From contig CAKOOV010000005.1 of the NCBI GenBank assembly GCA_934098435.1, forward strand, positions 16,750 to 80,749: 64,000 nucleotides of DNA, read 5' to 3'. Shown piece by piece: positions 50,701 through 58,573 of the stretch. Numbering within the stretch: the stretch's first letter is position 1; each line of letters starts with the position of its first letter. Below the pieces are notes generated by a model, which saw only the letters and a program-made list of their open reading frames with translations, ran no database searches and had not been told where the DNA came from. The stretch is from an uncultured Bacilli bacterium. Lineage in GTDB: Bacteria; Bacillota_I; Bacilli_A; RF39; UBA660. The position numbers and the translations under genes are program-made.

Positions 50701-50875
50701 GTTAGAATATCAAGATAATATTAAAATAATTGATTATAAACTTAAGAATATAAATGATGATGCCTATATTAAACAGCTTACTGGTTATAAGAATTATATT
50801 GAAAAATTATTTAATAAAAAGACTAGTATTTATTTATATTCTATAACTTTAAATACTTTAGAAGAAATTAAGTAA
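47795..50875 (+). CDS. addA: helicase-nuclease AddAB subunit AddA (UvrD-like helicase plus C-terminal nuclease)
   Basis: WT.EQ..AI......IIVSAGAGSGKTAVL, DEYQDTN and C-terminal IIDLM...IIDYK nuclease motifs. ATG 47795. Confidence 0.9.
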   Translation: MAWTNEQKQAIYTEGTNIIVSAGAGSGKTAVLTERVLEKVKKGISVDNLLILTFTKMAAKEMKERIGDKLKKEGLTSELAKLDTADITTFDAYALSVVKKYHYCLNVSRDINIIDNSVITLYKRKILKDIFEELYEENNHEFIDFIQEYCIKDDKDIFEFILNINSKLDLKTNKREYLDNYINTVYDEVKIDNDIDNYIKVILKLISNINDYLEYIDDDDYLAKLYDVISPLLSAKSYDDIKSNISIKLPILRGASDITREYRDKIKSTIDEIKKLATYDSYDEIKRGILSTKKNVKVIIDIIRELDDIVYNYKVKYNSYEYSDISALAIKLVRDNKEIREEIKNNLNEILIDEYQDTNDVQEEFISYISNNNVYMVGDIKQSIYRFRNANPYIFKNKYDSYSNNNGGLKIDLNKNFRSREEVINNINLLFDRIMDNDIGGADYSLSHRMLYGNLMYKGDGDNKEDNNFSVYNYLNDTNFKNNEVEAFIIANDIKYKINSGYRAFGKDTNGVRKIKYSDFAILLDSSKSFELYKKILEYNGIPTSIIKSVNLTDGEVILIIKNIISFIIKIKDNKIDSEFKRLFMSIGRSFLFNIDDNILFDYFLDNNFKNSDIYTYSYEITKKIDVISLEEVIDLVIDRFDFYNKLFLLGDYNANILRIQKLKEITSSLVNLDYDIYDYQKYLDDIISNNLKIEYNVNDNSTDTVKIMTIHASKGLEFGVCYYGELYNRFNNSDAISKYSYDNKYGIILPYKDKFLYNTIYHNLSYRDYVMENISERIRLFYVALTRAKEKMIFILPSNTKDNDKCISNIIDNSIRSKYNSFASIMYSLESITKDYYTNIDINDINLSKDYNMISNDNYMKHLNLIDDKIVINNIYVPSSIKENKTFSKKDIHIITKEEEDKLLYGRLVHELFECTDFNNLDNLSDSNKKIINNFLEKIDINGANIYKEYEFIYEEDNTTYHGIIDLMLEYQDNIKIIDYKLKNINDDAYIKQLTGYKNYIEKLFNKKTSIYLYSITLNTLEEIK

Positions 50876-50926
50876 AAAATATTTTCTATATGATATAACT
50901 TATGTTATAATTATATAGAAAGTTAT

Positions 50927-51000
50927 GCCGAATTAGTTTAGTGGTAGAACAAGGCCCTCGTAATGCCTAGAGGTAAGTTCGATTCTTACATTCGGCACCA
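50927..51000 (+). tRNA. tRNA-Thr (anticodon CGT), CCA encoded
   Basis: Hand-folded cloverleaf. Acceptor GCCGAAT/ATTCGGC, D arm GTTT/GAAC, anticodon loop CTCGTAA (U33, CGU), T arm GTAAG-TTCGATT-CTTAC, discriminator A plus CCA. One C.U mismatch at 31-39. Confidence 0.85.
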
Positions 51001-51042
51001 GGTTGATAGGAAACTCGAACTTTTCGAGTAGTAATAAATGCT

Positions 51043-51068
51043 AACTAGAAGTACTATCTAGTTTTTTT
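51043..51068 (+). terminator. intrinsic terminator after tRNA-Thr
   Basis: AACTAGA-AGTACTA-TCTAGTT followed by TTTTT. Confidence 0.6.
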
Positions 51069-51141
51069 GTTATTATTACGAAATTATATAAAAAATAACA
51101 AATACATTGCATAATTTTACTAATTATGATATATTATAAAT

Positions 51142-51206
51142 GTGAATGGCGGTGAATGTCTTCGGACTACACCTGAGCAAGTTGGATGCGTCTAACTTGC
51201 TTTTTT
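51142..51206 (+). ncRNA. candidate small RNA (cUUCGg hairpin plus intrinsic terminator) with its own promoter
   Basis: Promoter TTGCAT-17-TATATT at 51107-51135. Hairpin GGTG-AAT-GTC-TTCG-GAC-TA-CACC at 51151-51173. Terminator GCAAGTTGGA-TGCG-TCTAACTTGC plus T6 at 51177-51206. Confidence 0.35.
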
Positions 51207-51256
51207 ATGAGGTAAGTAGGATTTTAATGAAGAGAGTAGAAATATTGAAAGTTGAA

Positions 51257-51284
51257 AAGTAATCCGAAAGGGTTACTTTTTTCT
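51257..51284 (+). terminator. second terminator-like hairpin with GAAA tetraloop
   Basis: AAGTAATCC-GAAA-GGGTTACTT followed by TTTTC. Confidence 0.5.
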
Positions 51285-51439
51285 TTAAAATAGGAAACTT
51301 TTGAATCCTTAGTTTTTTTATATTTTTATATAATAAAATTAGCTTTTTATTTAAATTTATGATATACTTAATATAGAAATTAATTATAGATGCTTATAAT
51401 TTGCAAAGCCAGTAATTGATTATTCTTGGAGGTATAATA

Positions 51440-53191
51440 ATGAATAAACTACAGTGGAATTTAGAAGATGTATTTTCTGATAATCAATCATTTTATGATG
51501 AAATAAATAATGTAAAACAGTTATTAGAAGATATTAAAAAATATGAAAATAGTCAATTAGATTCTACTTTGCTATTAAACTTGTTGGATAAAAAATGGAA
51601 AATAAAAGAAAAATGTAATAATATTTTAGTTTATGGTTCATTAATGTATTATAAAAATATTAATGATGAAGAATGTATTGAATTAAAAAAAGTAGCAGAA
51701 AGTTTTAATAATGATATAAATGCTATATTAAAATTTATTGATAGAATGATATTGAATCTAGGATTTGAAAAAGTTTCTAGTTTTATTACTGAAAATCCTA
51801 AACTAGAAGTTTATAAGTTGGCATTATATAATTTATTTAGACTTGAAGAATATATACAATCTGATGAAGTAAATTATCAAATTAAAGAAAATAGTAATAG
51901 TATAAATGAACAATTAAGTATATATAACAATTTACTTAGAGATATTGAATATGAAAGTATAAATGTTTATGGAGAAGAAATTCACTTAACAGCATCTAAT
52001 TTTGCAAAATACATTTCTTCTAGAGACAGAGAGACGAGAAAACAAGCATTTTTTTCTATCTATAGTGCTTTTCAGAAGGGAAAAGACAATTTTGCCAATT
52101 TATTAAATAAAATTTATGGTTATAGAATAGAAAATGCTATTTTAGAAAAATACAACTCCGTACTTGAAAAAATATTATTTGAAGAAAATATTAATCCAGA
52201 AATTATAAATAAATTAATTAAATCAGTAAATAATAATTTAAATCTTATTCAAAAGTATTTAAAAATTAAATCTAATTTACTTGAAATAGAAAAGCCTCAT
52301 TTATATGACTTTGGTGTTCCTTTAGATAGTAATTTAAAAATCAAGTATTCCTTAGAAGAAGCAAAGAAAATAATTTTAAATGCATTAGAACCATTAGGAA
52401 CAGAATATACCGAAATAGTAAAAATTTTATTTAATGGACATATAGATGCTGAATTAGATGAAAATAAGCATCAATCAATAACTTTTTCTTGGAATACATA
52501 TTCATTTATGAATTTTAGAGGAGGATATATCGATTTAAAGAATATGATTCATGAAATAGGGCATATTGTTAATTACTATTTATCAAAAAAAGAACAACCA
52601 TTTATATATGAAGATAGCACAGTATTTGTTGGAGAGACAGCTTCTATAGTAAATGAAATTTTATTAAATAGATATTTATATAATAATGCAGATACTATAG
52701 AAGAAAAAATATTTTATTTAAGTAAAGAAATAGAAAATTATTTTTCGTCAGTATTTAAACAAACAATGTATACTGAATTTGAAAACGAATTATATAAAAT
52801 CAGAACTCATTCTGAATTAACATCAGAAATTTTATGTGAAAAATATTTTGATATAATAAATAAATATTATGGTAATGATATAATTTATGATCAAATATCT
52901 AACGTAGAGTGGGCTAAACTTGGCCACTTATATAGATGGAGTTATTATCCATATAAATATGCCACAGGTTTATTAATGGCAAGTGTAGTTGTAAATTCTT
53001 TAATTGATGAAAAAAACTTATCAAATGAAGATTATATTAAATTCTTATCAGCAGGAAGTAGTCAATATTCATTAGATTTATTAAAAATACTTAATATCGA
53101 TTTAGTGAATACTAATATTATAGAATCGGGCTTTAACGTCATGGAAAAAGATATAAAAGAATTGCAAAAAGTCTTATCACAAAAAAATTAA
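51440..53191 (+). CDS. pepF: oligoendopeptidase F (M3B family)
   Basis: Zinc motif HEIGH (MIHEIGHIVNYY), length ~585 aa. ATG 51440 follows a GGAGG RBS. Confidence 0.85.
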   Translation: MNKLQWNLEDVFSDNQSFYDEINNVKQLLEDIKKYENSQLDSTLLLNLLDKKWKIKEKCNNILVYGSLMYYKNINDEECIELKKVAESFNNDINAILKFIDRMILNLGFEKVSSFITENPKLEVYKLALYNLFRLEEYIQSDEVNYQIKENSNSINEQLSIYNNLLRDIEYESINVYGEEIHLTASNFAKYISSRDRETRKQAFFSIYSAFQKGKDNFANLLNKIYGYRIENAILEKYNSVLEKILFEENINPEIINKLIKSVNNNLNLIQKYLKIKSNLLEIEKPHLYDFGVPLDSNLKIKYSLEEAKKIILNALEPLGTEYTEIVKILFNGHIDAELDENKHQSITFSWNTYSFMNFRGGYIDLKNMIHEIGHIVNYYLSKKEQPFIYEDSTVFVGETASIVNEILLNRYLYNNADTIEEKIFYLSKEIENYFSSVFKQTMYTEFENELYKIRTHSELTSEILCEKYFDIINKYYGNDIIYDQISNVEWAKLGHLYRWSYYPYKYATGLLMASVVVNSLIDEKNLSNEDYIKFLSAGSSQYSLDLLKILNIDLVNTNIIESGFNVMEKDIKELQKVLSQKN

Positions 53192-53261
53192 AACAACTTG
53201 TCAAAAAGCCATTAAATAGTAAGAATAGTAAAATAAAGATAACTGTTACAAAATAAACATT

Positions 53262-53346
53262 ATTTTTAAAGACTTATAAGGCTTTAAAAATTTAGTTAAA
53301 GACTTATGGCTTTAACTAACAGTGAGAGACCTTAGGCTCGAACTGT
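53262..53346 (+). repeat. Three tandem hairpins of the AG-AC..GG-CT family (copies 3a-3c)
   Basis: 3a: ATTTTTAAAG-ACTTATAAGG-CTTTAAAAAT. 3b: TTAGTTAAAG-ACTTATGG-CTTTAACTAA. 3c: ACAGTGAGAG-ACCTTAGG-CTCGAACTGT (8 of 10 pairs). Confidence 0.65.
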
Positions 53347-53363
53347 AACTAAGGAGATAAATA

Positions 53364-54038
53364 ATGAATAATATGAAAAAAGTTTTATTAATGGGGATTA
53401 TATTTTTTGTATGTGGATGTTCTTTATTTAATAAAGAAGAAAAGAAAGAAATTATCACTAATAATGATGATGTTAAAGTAGAGGATAAATATATAGATGA
53501 TAATCCTATTAAACTTGGTATTTTTTTGGTAGATAATAATTATCATAATAAAAGTGTTATTGATGATGATTATTATACTGATTTTGTAAGTGGTAAGGAT
53601 ATTGCTTCATTCGAAGTTTTTTATACAGAAGATGAAGTTATTGATGGTACTAATTTTAAGAATACTTGGAATAATTATTATGATAAATATACTGATATTG
53701 ATAATTATAAAATAGGATATAATATTAAATTTATATTAAATGATGGTACTAGTTTTGATCATACTTTTTTAAAACCAGATATATTTTATTTTGCTAAATA
53801 TTTTTATGTTTATTTTTATGATGATATTCATCAGAAGGATGGAACTATGTATGGTCATTTGGAAGATGTTAATGATAATACTTTGATGACCTCTGTTAAG
53901 TTATACGCTGTAGATGGTATAGATGATGTTAAAGATATTATTTTGACTGCTTTTACATATGATGATGAAGATGATTTTGATGATAATGGTAATTATAGGG
54001 GTAATTCTAGTTATACTATTAATATTAAAAGAAAGTGA
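53364..54038 (+). CDS. lipoprotein of unknown function
   Basis: Signal peptide with a lipobox-like FFVCGC|S, followed by an Asp/Asn-rich mature part. Confidence 0.65.
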   Translation: MNNMKKVLLMGIIFFVCGCSLFNKEEKKEIITNNDDVKVEDKYIDDNPIKLGIFLVDNNYHNKSVIDDDYYTDFVSGKDIASFEVFYTEDEVIDGTNFKNTWNNYYDKYTDIDNYKIGYNIKFILNDGTSFDHTFLKPDIFYFAKYFYVYFYDDIHQKDGTMYGHLEDVNDNTLMTSVKLYAVDGIDDVKDIILTAFTYDDEDDFDDNGNYRGNSSYTINIKRK

Positions 54039-54056
54039 TTTTATTCACTTTCTTTT
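54027..54056. terminator. bidirectional hairpin spanning both stop codons of convergent genes
   Basis: AAAAGAAAGTGA-TTTTAT-TCACTTTCTTTT (12-bp perfect stem). Confidence 0.6.
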
Positions 54057-54280
54057 AATATTTCAAAATATTCTTTACTTATTTGTATTAGAATGTCCTC
54101 TACTTCTTTTGGATTATCAAGCCCTATATAGTATTCTTTGTTATTTTCTTTAATTTTTTTTCTTAAACATATGTCTTCTGGATTATTAATGTTAGCAAAT
54201 AGGGTATATTGATTATTATTTTTTGTTATTTCTTTAATAATAATATATTCTATGTTATCATCTAAAACTATTGTTTTCAT
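54041..54280 (-). CDS. small acidic protein, possibly DUF1292-like
   Basis: 79 aa; the pattern ..I.L.D.N.E...Y.I...I....N.Y.LF resembles DUF1292 by eye only. ATGA overlap with the upstream gene. Confidence 0.5.
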   Translation of the reverse strand: MKTIVLDDNIEYIIIKEITKNNNQYTLFANINNPEDICLRKKIKENNKEYYIGLDNPKEVEDILIQISKEYFEILKESE

Positions 54281-55008
54281 TTTCTTCCTTTCGTATTTTT
54301 ACTTGTATCTTTTACGATATTATCTATTGTTCCTTTTTCATATGCTTCTATTAATTCTTTTTTACCATATGTTTCTAATACTTGAATACTTGGATTTCCA
54401 TTTGTGTCTAATAGATTGTTTATTTTGCAATAATCTGCCCAATCTTTGTATCTTTTGGTTCCATCAGAATATGTTATAGAACTTATTAAGTTATAGTCTT
54501 GTAATAGGTTGGCACCTGCTTTTTCTAATACTTTTTTATAGGCATATGTTTCACCAATACTTGGATCTGTTATACCGATATTTTGATAAGCTTCTATAGG
54601 GATATAATTATTCATCTTTATTGTACCGTTTTCTCTGATAGTAATTATACCTGCTGCTTCTAAGTTTCTTTCGGCTTGTTTAATGACTATAGCAATAGCG
54701 GCATTTGATTTTCCTGTTTCTTTGATATCTCTTAGGGTGTATACAGCGGTTCCTAAAGAGATAGCTACTGCTAAAGAGAGTGGGACTATTTTACGATAGA
54801 AAAATGTACTTTGATATTTTATATTATCTTTTGCTTTTGTTGTTTCTACTTTGTTGGTAGTAATACTTTTACTTGATACTTCTTCTAGTTTACTAGCTAT
54901 ATTTATTTGTTTTGTTCCATCAAAAGAAAAGTATTTTATTGGTATTTTTTCACCATTGTTACTTATTATATATTCTTGTTTTTTATTGTTTTTTAAGTTG
55001 TTTTCCAT
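54277..55008 (-). CDS. single-pass membrane protein of unknown function (243 aa)
   Basis: One TM (IVPLSLAVAISLGTAVY) and a C-terminal ~150-aa domain. Confidence 0.55.
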   Translation of the reverse strand: MENNLKNNKKQEYIISNNGEKIPIKYFSFDGTKQINIASKLEEVSSKSITTNKVETTKAKDNIKYQSTFFYRKIVPLSLAVAISLGTAVYTLRDIKETGKSNAAIAIVIKQAERNLEAAGIITIRENGTIKMNNYIPIEAYQNIGITDPSIGETYAYKKVLEKAGANLLQDYNLISSITYSDGTKRYKDWADYCKINNLLDTNGNPSIQVLETYGKKELIEAYEKGTIDNIVKDTSKNTKGRK

Positions 55009-55019
55009 TATTTATATTT

Positions 55020-55505
55020 TTATCTCCTTTTCCTAGAATTTATATCTATTATTTTAGAATCGTTGTTATTATCTTGATTTTTTCCTCTAGGATTTTCATC
55101 TAGTTCGATATAGTTTCCATTTTCATCATATGTGAAATATATTGCATATTTAGATGGAACTTTATTAATATTAATTATTTTGTCTTCTATATAATAATTG
55201 CCTTCATTGTCTTCAAAATATATATTATCGTTTTTATCTTTGAAGATATATTTTATTTTTGTTATGGCTTTGTTATAGTCTTGAAAATAATATTCATTGT
55301 TTTGTGTAATATACAACCAGCCTTTTTTTGAATTGTCACTTGTTTTAAAATTTATGGTTTGTTTTATTATTATTGGATAGCCATATGAATCTAATATTGG
55401 TTTTCCATCTGGACCAATAATATATTTTTTTTCTCTTTCGGTGGTTCGTTTATTTAGTTCTTGGAACCAGGCATCTTCTTTCTTTTTTTCTTCTAAATCA
55501 CTCAT
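55020..55505 (-). CDS. hypothetical protein (161 aa) with Y/N/D-rich beta-like repeats
   Basis: AGGAGGA RBS. Repeated Y(F/I).D..GNYY-type segments. Confidence 0.55.
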   Translation of the reverse strand: MSDLEEKKKEDAWFQELNKRTTEREKKYIIGPDGKPILDSYGYPIIIKQTINFKTSDNSKKGWLYITQNNEYYFQDYNKAITKIKYIFKDKNDNIYFEDNEGNYYIEDKIININKVPSKYAIYFTYDENGNYIELDENPRGKNQDNNNDSKIIDINSRKRR

Positions 55506-55557
55506 TTTTAATCCTCCTAGGATAAATATATATTAAAAAAGAAAAAAAGTCAATTTA

Positions 55558-56205
55558 CTAGACATTTTTTCTTTTTTTTATGTAAATATTATTATTTGTA
55601 TTTTGATATGGTTTTGTTTGAATAGTTATTTTTTCTTTAGCTCTATATTCTTCAGTAAAGTTTATTACTGGTTCTAAATAGTCTATATTTTTTTGCATTA
55701 TTTTAGTTATTGGGATATTGTTATTTATATATAATAATAGTTTTTCATTTTGAATAGTCGTATATAAATAGCCAGAAGCTATAAGTTCTTTTAGGGTTAT
55801 GAATAGTCTTTTTTTAGTATAGTCTATTAATAATTCTTGATATTCTTTATTTTTTATTTTTTCGTAAATTAGTTCATTTAGTATTTCTGGGTCGAAGGCT
55901 TTTTGTTCTTTTATTTTTAATATTATTATGAACATTTCTGTTAGATCTTTTAATCTAAATGTAATTTTTTGCTCTTCATCATTTTTGATTGAATTTGATT
56001 TTATTCCAAATGTTTTAATTACTTCGGCTTTGTTTGGCATACATTTTTTACAGCAATGGCATGGTTCTATTTTGCTATCTAAATATCTAAAATATGTTAT
56101 TTCCCACATTTTTCCGGTTGATAATTCTTTTCCACATGAGTAACATATTGTTGGTTTATTTATTTCTATTTCTTTAATGCTTTTTATTCTATCATTTATT
56201 ATCAT
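55558..56205 (-). CDS. hypothetical protein (215 aa) with N-terminal four-Cys zinc-ribbon-like motif
   Basis: CYSCGKEL...x24...CHCCKKC followed by a helical C-terminal part. AAAGGAAG RBS. Confidence 0.55.
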   Translation of the reverse strand: MIINDRIKSIKEIEINKPTICYSCGKELSTGKMWEITYFRYLDSKIEPCHCCKKCMPNKAEVIKTFGIKSNSIKNDEEQKITFRLKDLTEMFIIILKIKEQKAFDPEILNELIYEKIKNKEYQELLIDYTKKRLFITLKELIASGYLYTTIQNEKLLLYINNNIPITKIMQKNIDYLEPVINFTEEYRAKEKITIQTKPYQNTNNNIYIKKRKNV

Positions 56206-56237
56206 ATTATTCTTCCTTTCAAAATATTAGTGAACGT

Positions 56238-56266
56238 ATTATATACTTTATTTTATTTTTTGTCAA
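56238..56266 (-). promoter_or_regulatory. consensus sigma-A promoter for the four-gene minus-strand operon
   Basis: On the minus strand: TTGACA, 17 nt, TATAAT. Confidence 0.6.
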
Positions 56267-56269
56267 ATT

Positions 56270-56296
56270 AAAGACTATTGTTAGTCAATAGTCTTT
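56270..56296 (-). terminator. hairpin overlapping the clpB stop codon
   Basis: AAAGACTATTG-(5 nt)-CAATAGTCTTT, an 11-bp perfect stem with only a weak T run. Confidence 0.5.
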
Positions 56297-58401
56297 AGTG
56301 TTAATTTATTATTTATTAAATCTATAGTAATTGTACTATTATATTTTATTTGATCATTTATTATGGCATTAGCTATTAGGGTTTCGACATTTCGCTGCAA
56401 ATATCTTTTTAATGGTCTTGCACCATATTTTTCATCATATGATGAATTGATTATATATTCTTTTGCTTTATCTGTTATTACTAGATGTAATCTTTTGTCT
56501 TGTAATCTTTTCTCAGTATCAGTAATTATTTTATCTAAGATGTCATATATTACTTCTTTAGTTAATGAATTAAATATAATTATTTCATCAATACGATTTA
56601 TGAATTCTGGTTTAAATGTGTTTTTTAGTTCATTCATTACTAATTCATTGGCATTATTATTGCCTTCGAGAATATATTCGCTACCTAAATTAGATGTCAT
56701 AATTATAATGGTGTTTTTGAAATCTACTGTTCTTCCTTGACCATCTGTTATTCTTCCATCGTCTAATATTTGAAGTAATACATTAAAGATATCACGATGG
56801 GCTTTTTCTATTTCATCAAATAGAATTATAGAGTAGGGGTTCCTTCTTACTGCTTCAGTAAGTTGTCCACCTTCGTCATAGCCGACATATCCTGGAGGAG
56901 CTCCTATTAACCTAGCTACGGAATGACTTTCCATATATTCGGACATATCTATTCTTATCATATGTCTTTCATCATCAAATAATTCATAGGCTAATGTCTT
57001 AGCGACTTCGGTTTTACCAACACCAGTAGGGCCTAAGAAGATAAATGAACCGATAGGTCTATTTGGATCTTTAATACCCGCTCTAGCACGAATTATTGCT
57101 TCGCTTACTAAATGTATTGCTTCATCTTGACCTTTAACTCTTTTTTTCATGTTTTCTTCTAGGTGAAGTAGTTTTTCTTTTTCTCCTCCGACTAATTTTG
57201 ATATTGGGATATTAGTCCATTTAGATATAATGGCTGCTACTGATTCTTCATCTACGGTATCAGATAATATATCAGATTTATTTATTTTTTCTAATTCTGC
57301 TAATTCTTTTTCTAGTCTTGGGATTGTACCATGTCTTAGTTTAGCAGCTGTTTCTAAATCGTAGTTGTTTTCAGCTTTTTCTAATGCAAAATTAGCAGAG
57401 TCTATTTCTTCTTTCTTTTTACTTATTTTGGAATTAACTGTTTTTTCTTCTTCCCATCTTGTTTTTAGATTCTTTTCTTTTTCTTTTAGATCTAGTAATT
57501 CGTTATTTATGGATTCTATTCTGTTTTTGGAAATATCATCCTTTTCTTTTTTTAGGGCTTCTTTTTCTATTTCTAGACGCATAATGTTTCTTTCTAAGTT
57601 ATCTAGTTCAGTAGGTACTGATTCCATTTGTACTTTAATAGTAGCGGCAGCTTCATCTATTAAATCAATGGCTTTATCTGGTAAGAATCTATCAGTAATA
57701 TATCTATCTGATAGGGTAGCCGCTGCTATGAGGGCTTTATCTTTTATATTAACACCATGAAATACTTCAAATTTAGGTTTTAGTCCTCTAAGAATAGTAA
57801 TAGTGTCTAAGACATTTGGTTCTTTTACTAATACTTTTTGGAATCTTCTTTCTAGGGCAGCATCTTTCTCTATATATTTTCTATATTCATTTAGAGTAGT
57901 TGCACCAATACAATGTATTTCACCTCTAGCAAGCATAGGTTTAAGCATATTGCCAGCATCCATAGCTCCTTCAATAGCACCCGCTCCGACTATCATATGT
58001 ATTTCATCGATGAACATAATGATGTTACCATCAGAGTCTTTTACTTCTTTAAGAACTGCTTTTAATCTTTCTTCAAATTCTCCACGATATTTGGCTCCCG
58101 CTACTAAGGCTCCCATATCTAGTTCCCATATTGTTTTATCTTTTAAACTATTTGGAACATCTCCTTTGATTATTCTTGTTGCAAGTCCTTCAACTATAGC
58201 GGTTTTACCAACACCTGGTTCACCAATTAATACAGGATTATTTTTTGTTTTTCTAGATAGTATTCTTGTAATACTTCTTATTTCATCATCACGACCGATG
58301 ACTGGATCTATTTTTCCATCTTTAGCGGCCTGTGTTATATCACGACCATATTTTTCTAATGGTTTTTGTAAATTTTCTTCATATGGATTATTCATATTCA
58401 T
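56281..58401 (-). CDS. clpB: ClpB-type AAA+ disaggregase lacking the Clp_N domain
   Basis: Two Walker A motifs ([16 protein letters not shown]) and a long coiled-coil M-domain between the NBDs. The protein starts directly at ...[20 protein letters not shown]. The fourth in-frame ATG, 58401, lies 9 nt after AGGAGG. Confidence 0.92.
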   Translation of the reverse strand: MNMNNPYEENLQKPLEKYGRDITQAAKDGKIDPVIGRDDEIRSITRILSRKTKNNPVLIGEPGVGKTAIVEGLATRIIKGDVPNSLKDKTIWELDMGALVAGAKYRGEFEERLKAVLKEVKDSDGNIIMFIDEIHMIVGAGAIEGAMDAGNMLKPMLARGEIHCIGATTLNEYRKYIEKDAALERRFQKVLVKEPNVLDTITILRGLKPKFEVFHGVNIKDKALIAAATLSDRYITDRFLPDKAIDLIDEAAATIKVQMESVPTELDNLERNIMRLEIEKEALKKEKDDISKNRIESINNELLDLKEKEKNLKTRWEEEKTVNSKISKKKEEIDSANFALEKAENNYDLETAAKLRHGTIPRLEKELAELEKINKSDILSDTVDEESVAAIISKWTNIPISKLVGGEKEKLLHLEENMKKRVKGQDEAIHLVSEAIIRARAGIKDPNRPIGSFIFLGPTGVGKTEVAKTLAYELFDDERHMIRIDMSEYMESHSVARLIGAPPGYVGYDEGGQLTEAVRRNPYSIILFDEIEKAHRDIFNVLLQILDDGRITDGQGRTVDFKNTIIIMTSNLGSEYILEGNNNANELVMNELKNTFKPEFINRIDEIIIFNSLTKEVIYDILDKIITDTEKRLQDKRLHLVITDKAKEYIINSSYDEKYGARPLKRYLQRNVETLIANAIINDQIKYNSTITIDLINNKLTLKTID

Positions 58402-58429
58402 AATTATCATCCTCCTTTTTACATATATA

Positions 58430-58470
58430 ATTATAACACAATATTAGCAATTGTCAATAGAGATTGCTAA
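58430..58470 (-). promoter_or_regulatory. clpB promoter overlapped by a CIRCE-like inverted repeat (HrcA operator candidate)
   Basis: Minus strand TTAGCAATC-TCTATTGAC-AATTGCTAA (58444-58470) versus the CIRCE consensus TTAGCACTC-N9-GAGTGCTAA. The -35 TTGACA lies across the spacer/right-arm junction of the element, then 16 nt, then TATAAT. Confidence 0.65.
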
Positions 58471-58573
58471 AATAAAATATATAAATATGATTAATTTATA
58501 ATGTAAGATTTAACTTTCTATATTAATTATTTTTTATTTATGTTATACTTATAATTGAAAGGAGTGATAAAAA

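Noticed and set aside
51142-51206. Tried to match the small structured RNA to known riboswitch classes (preQ1, fluoride, guanidine).
   Set aside because: I could not align it to any consensus I remember, and the downstream gene context (pepF) gives no hint. It is kept only as an unclassified sRNA candidate.
56363-58447. Three long + strand ORFs in the track (56363-56740, 57365-57760, 57803-58447) opposite clpB.
   Set aside because: They are antisense shadow frames of a well-supported clpB gene. Their products are low-complexity (Ser/Phe/Leu-rich), they lack RBSs, and the last one runs across the clpB promoter/CIRCE region.
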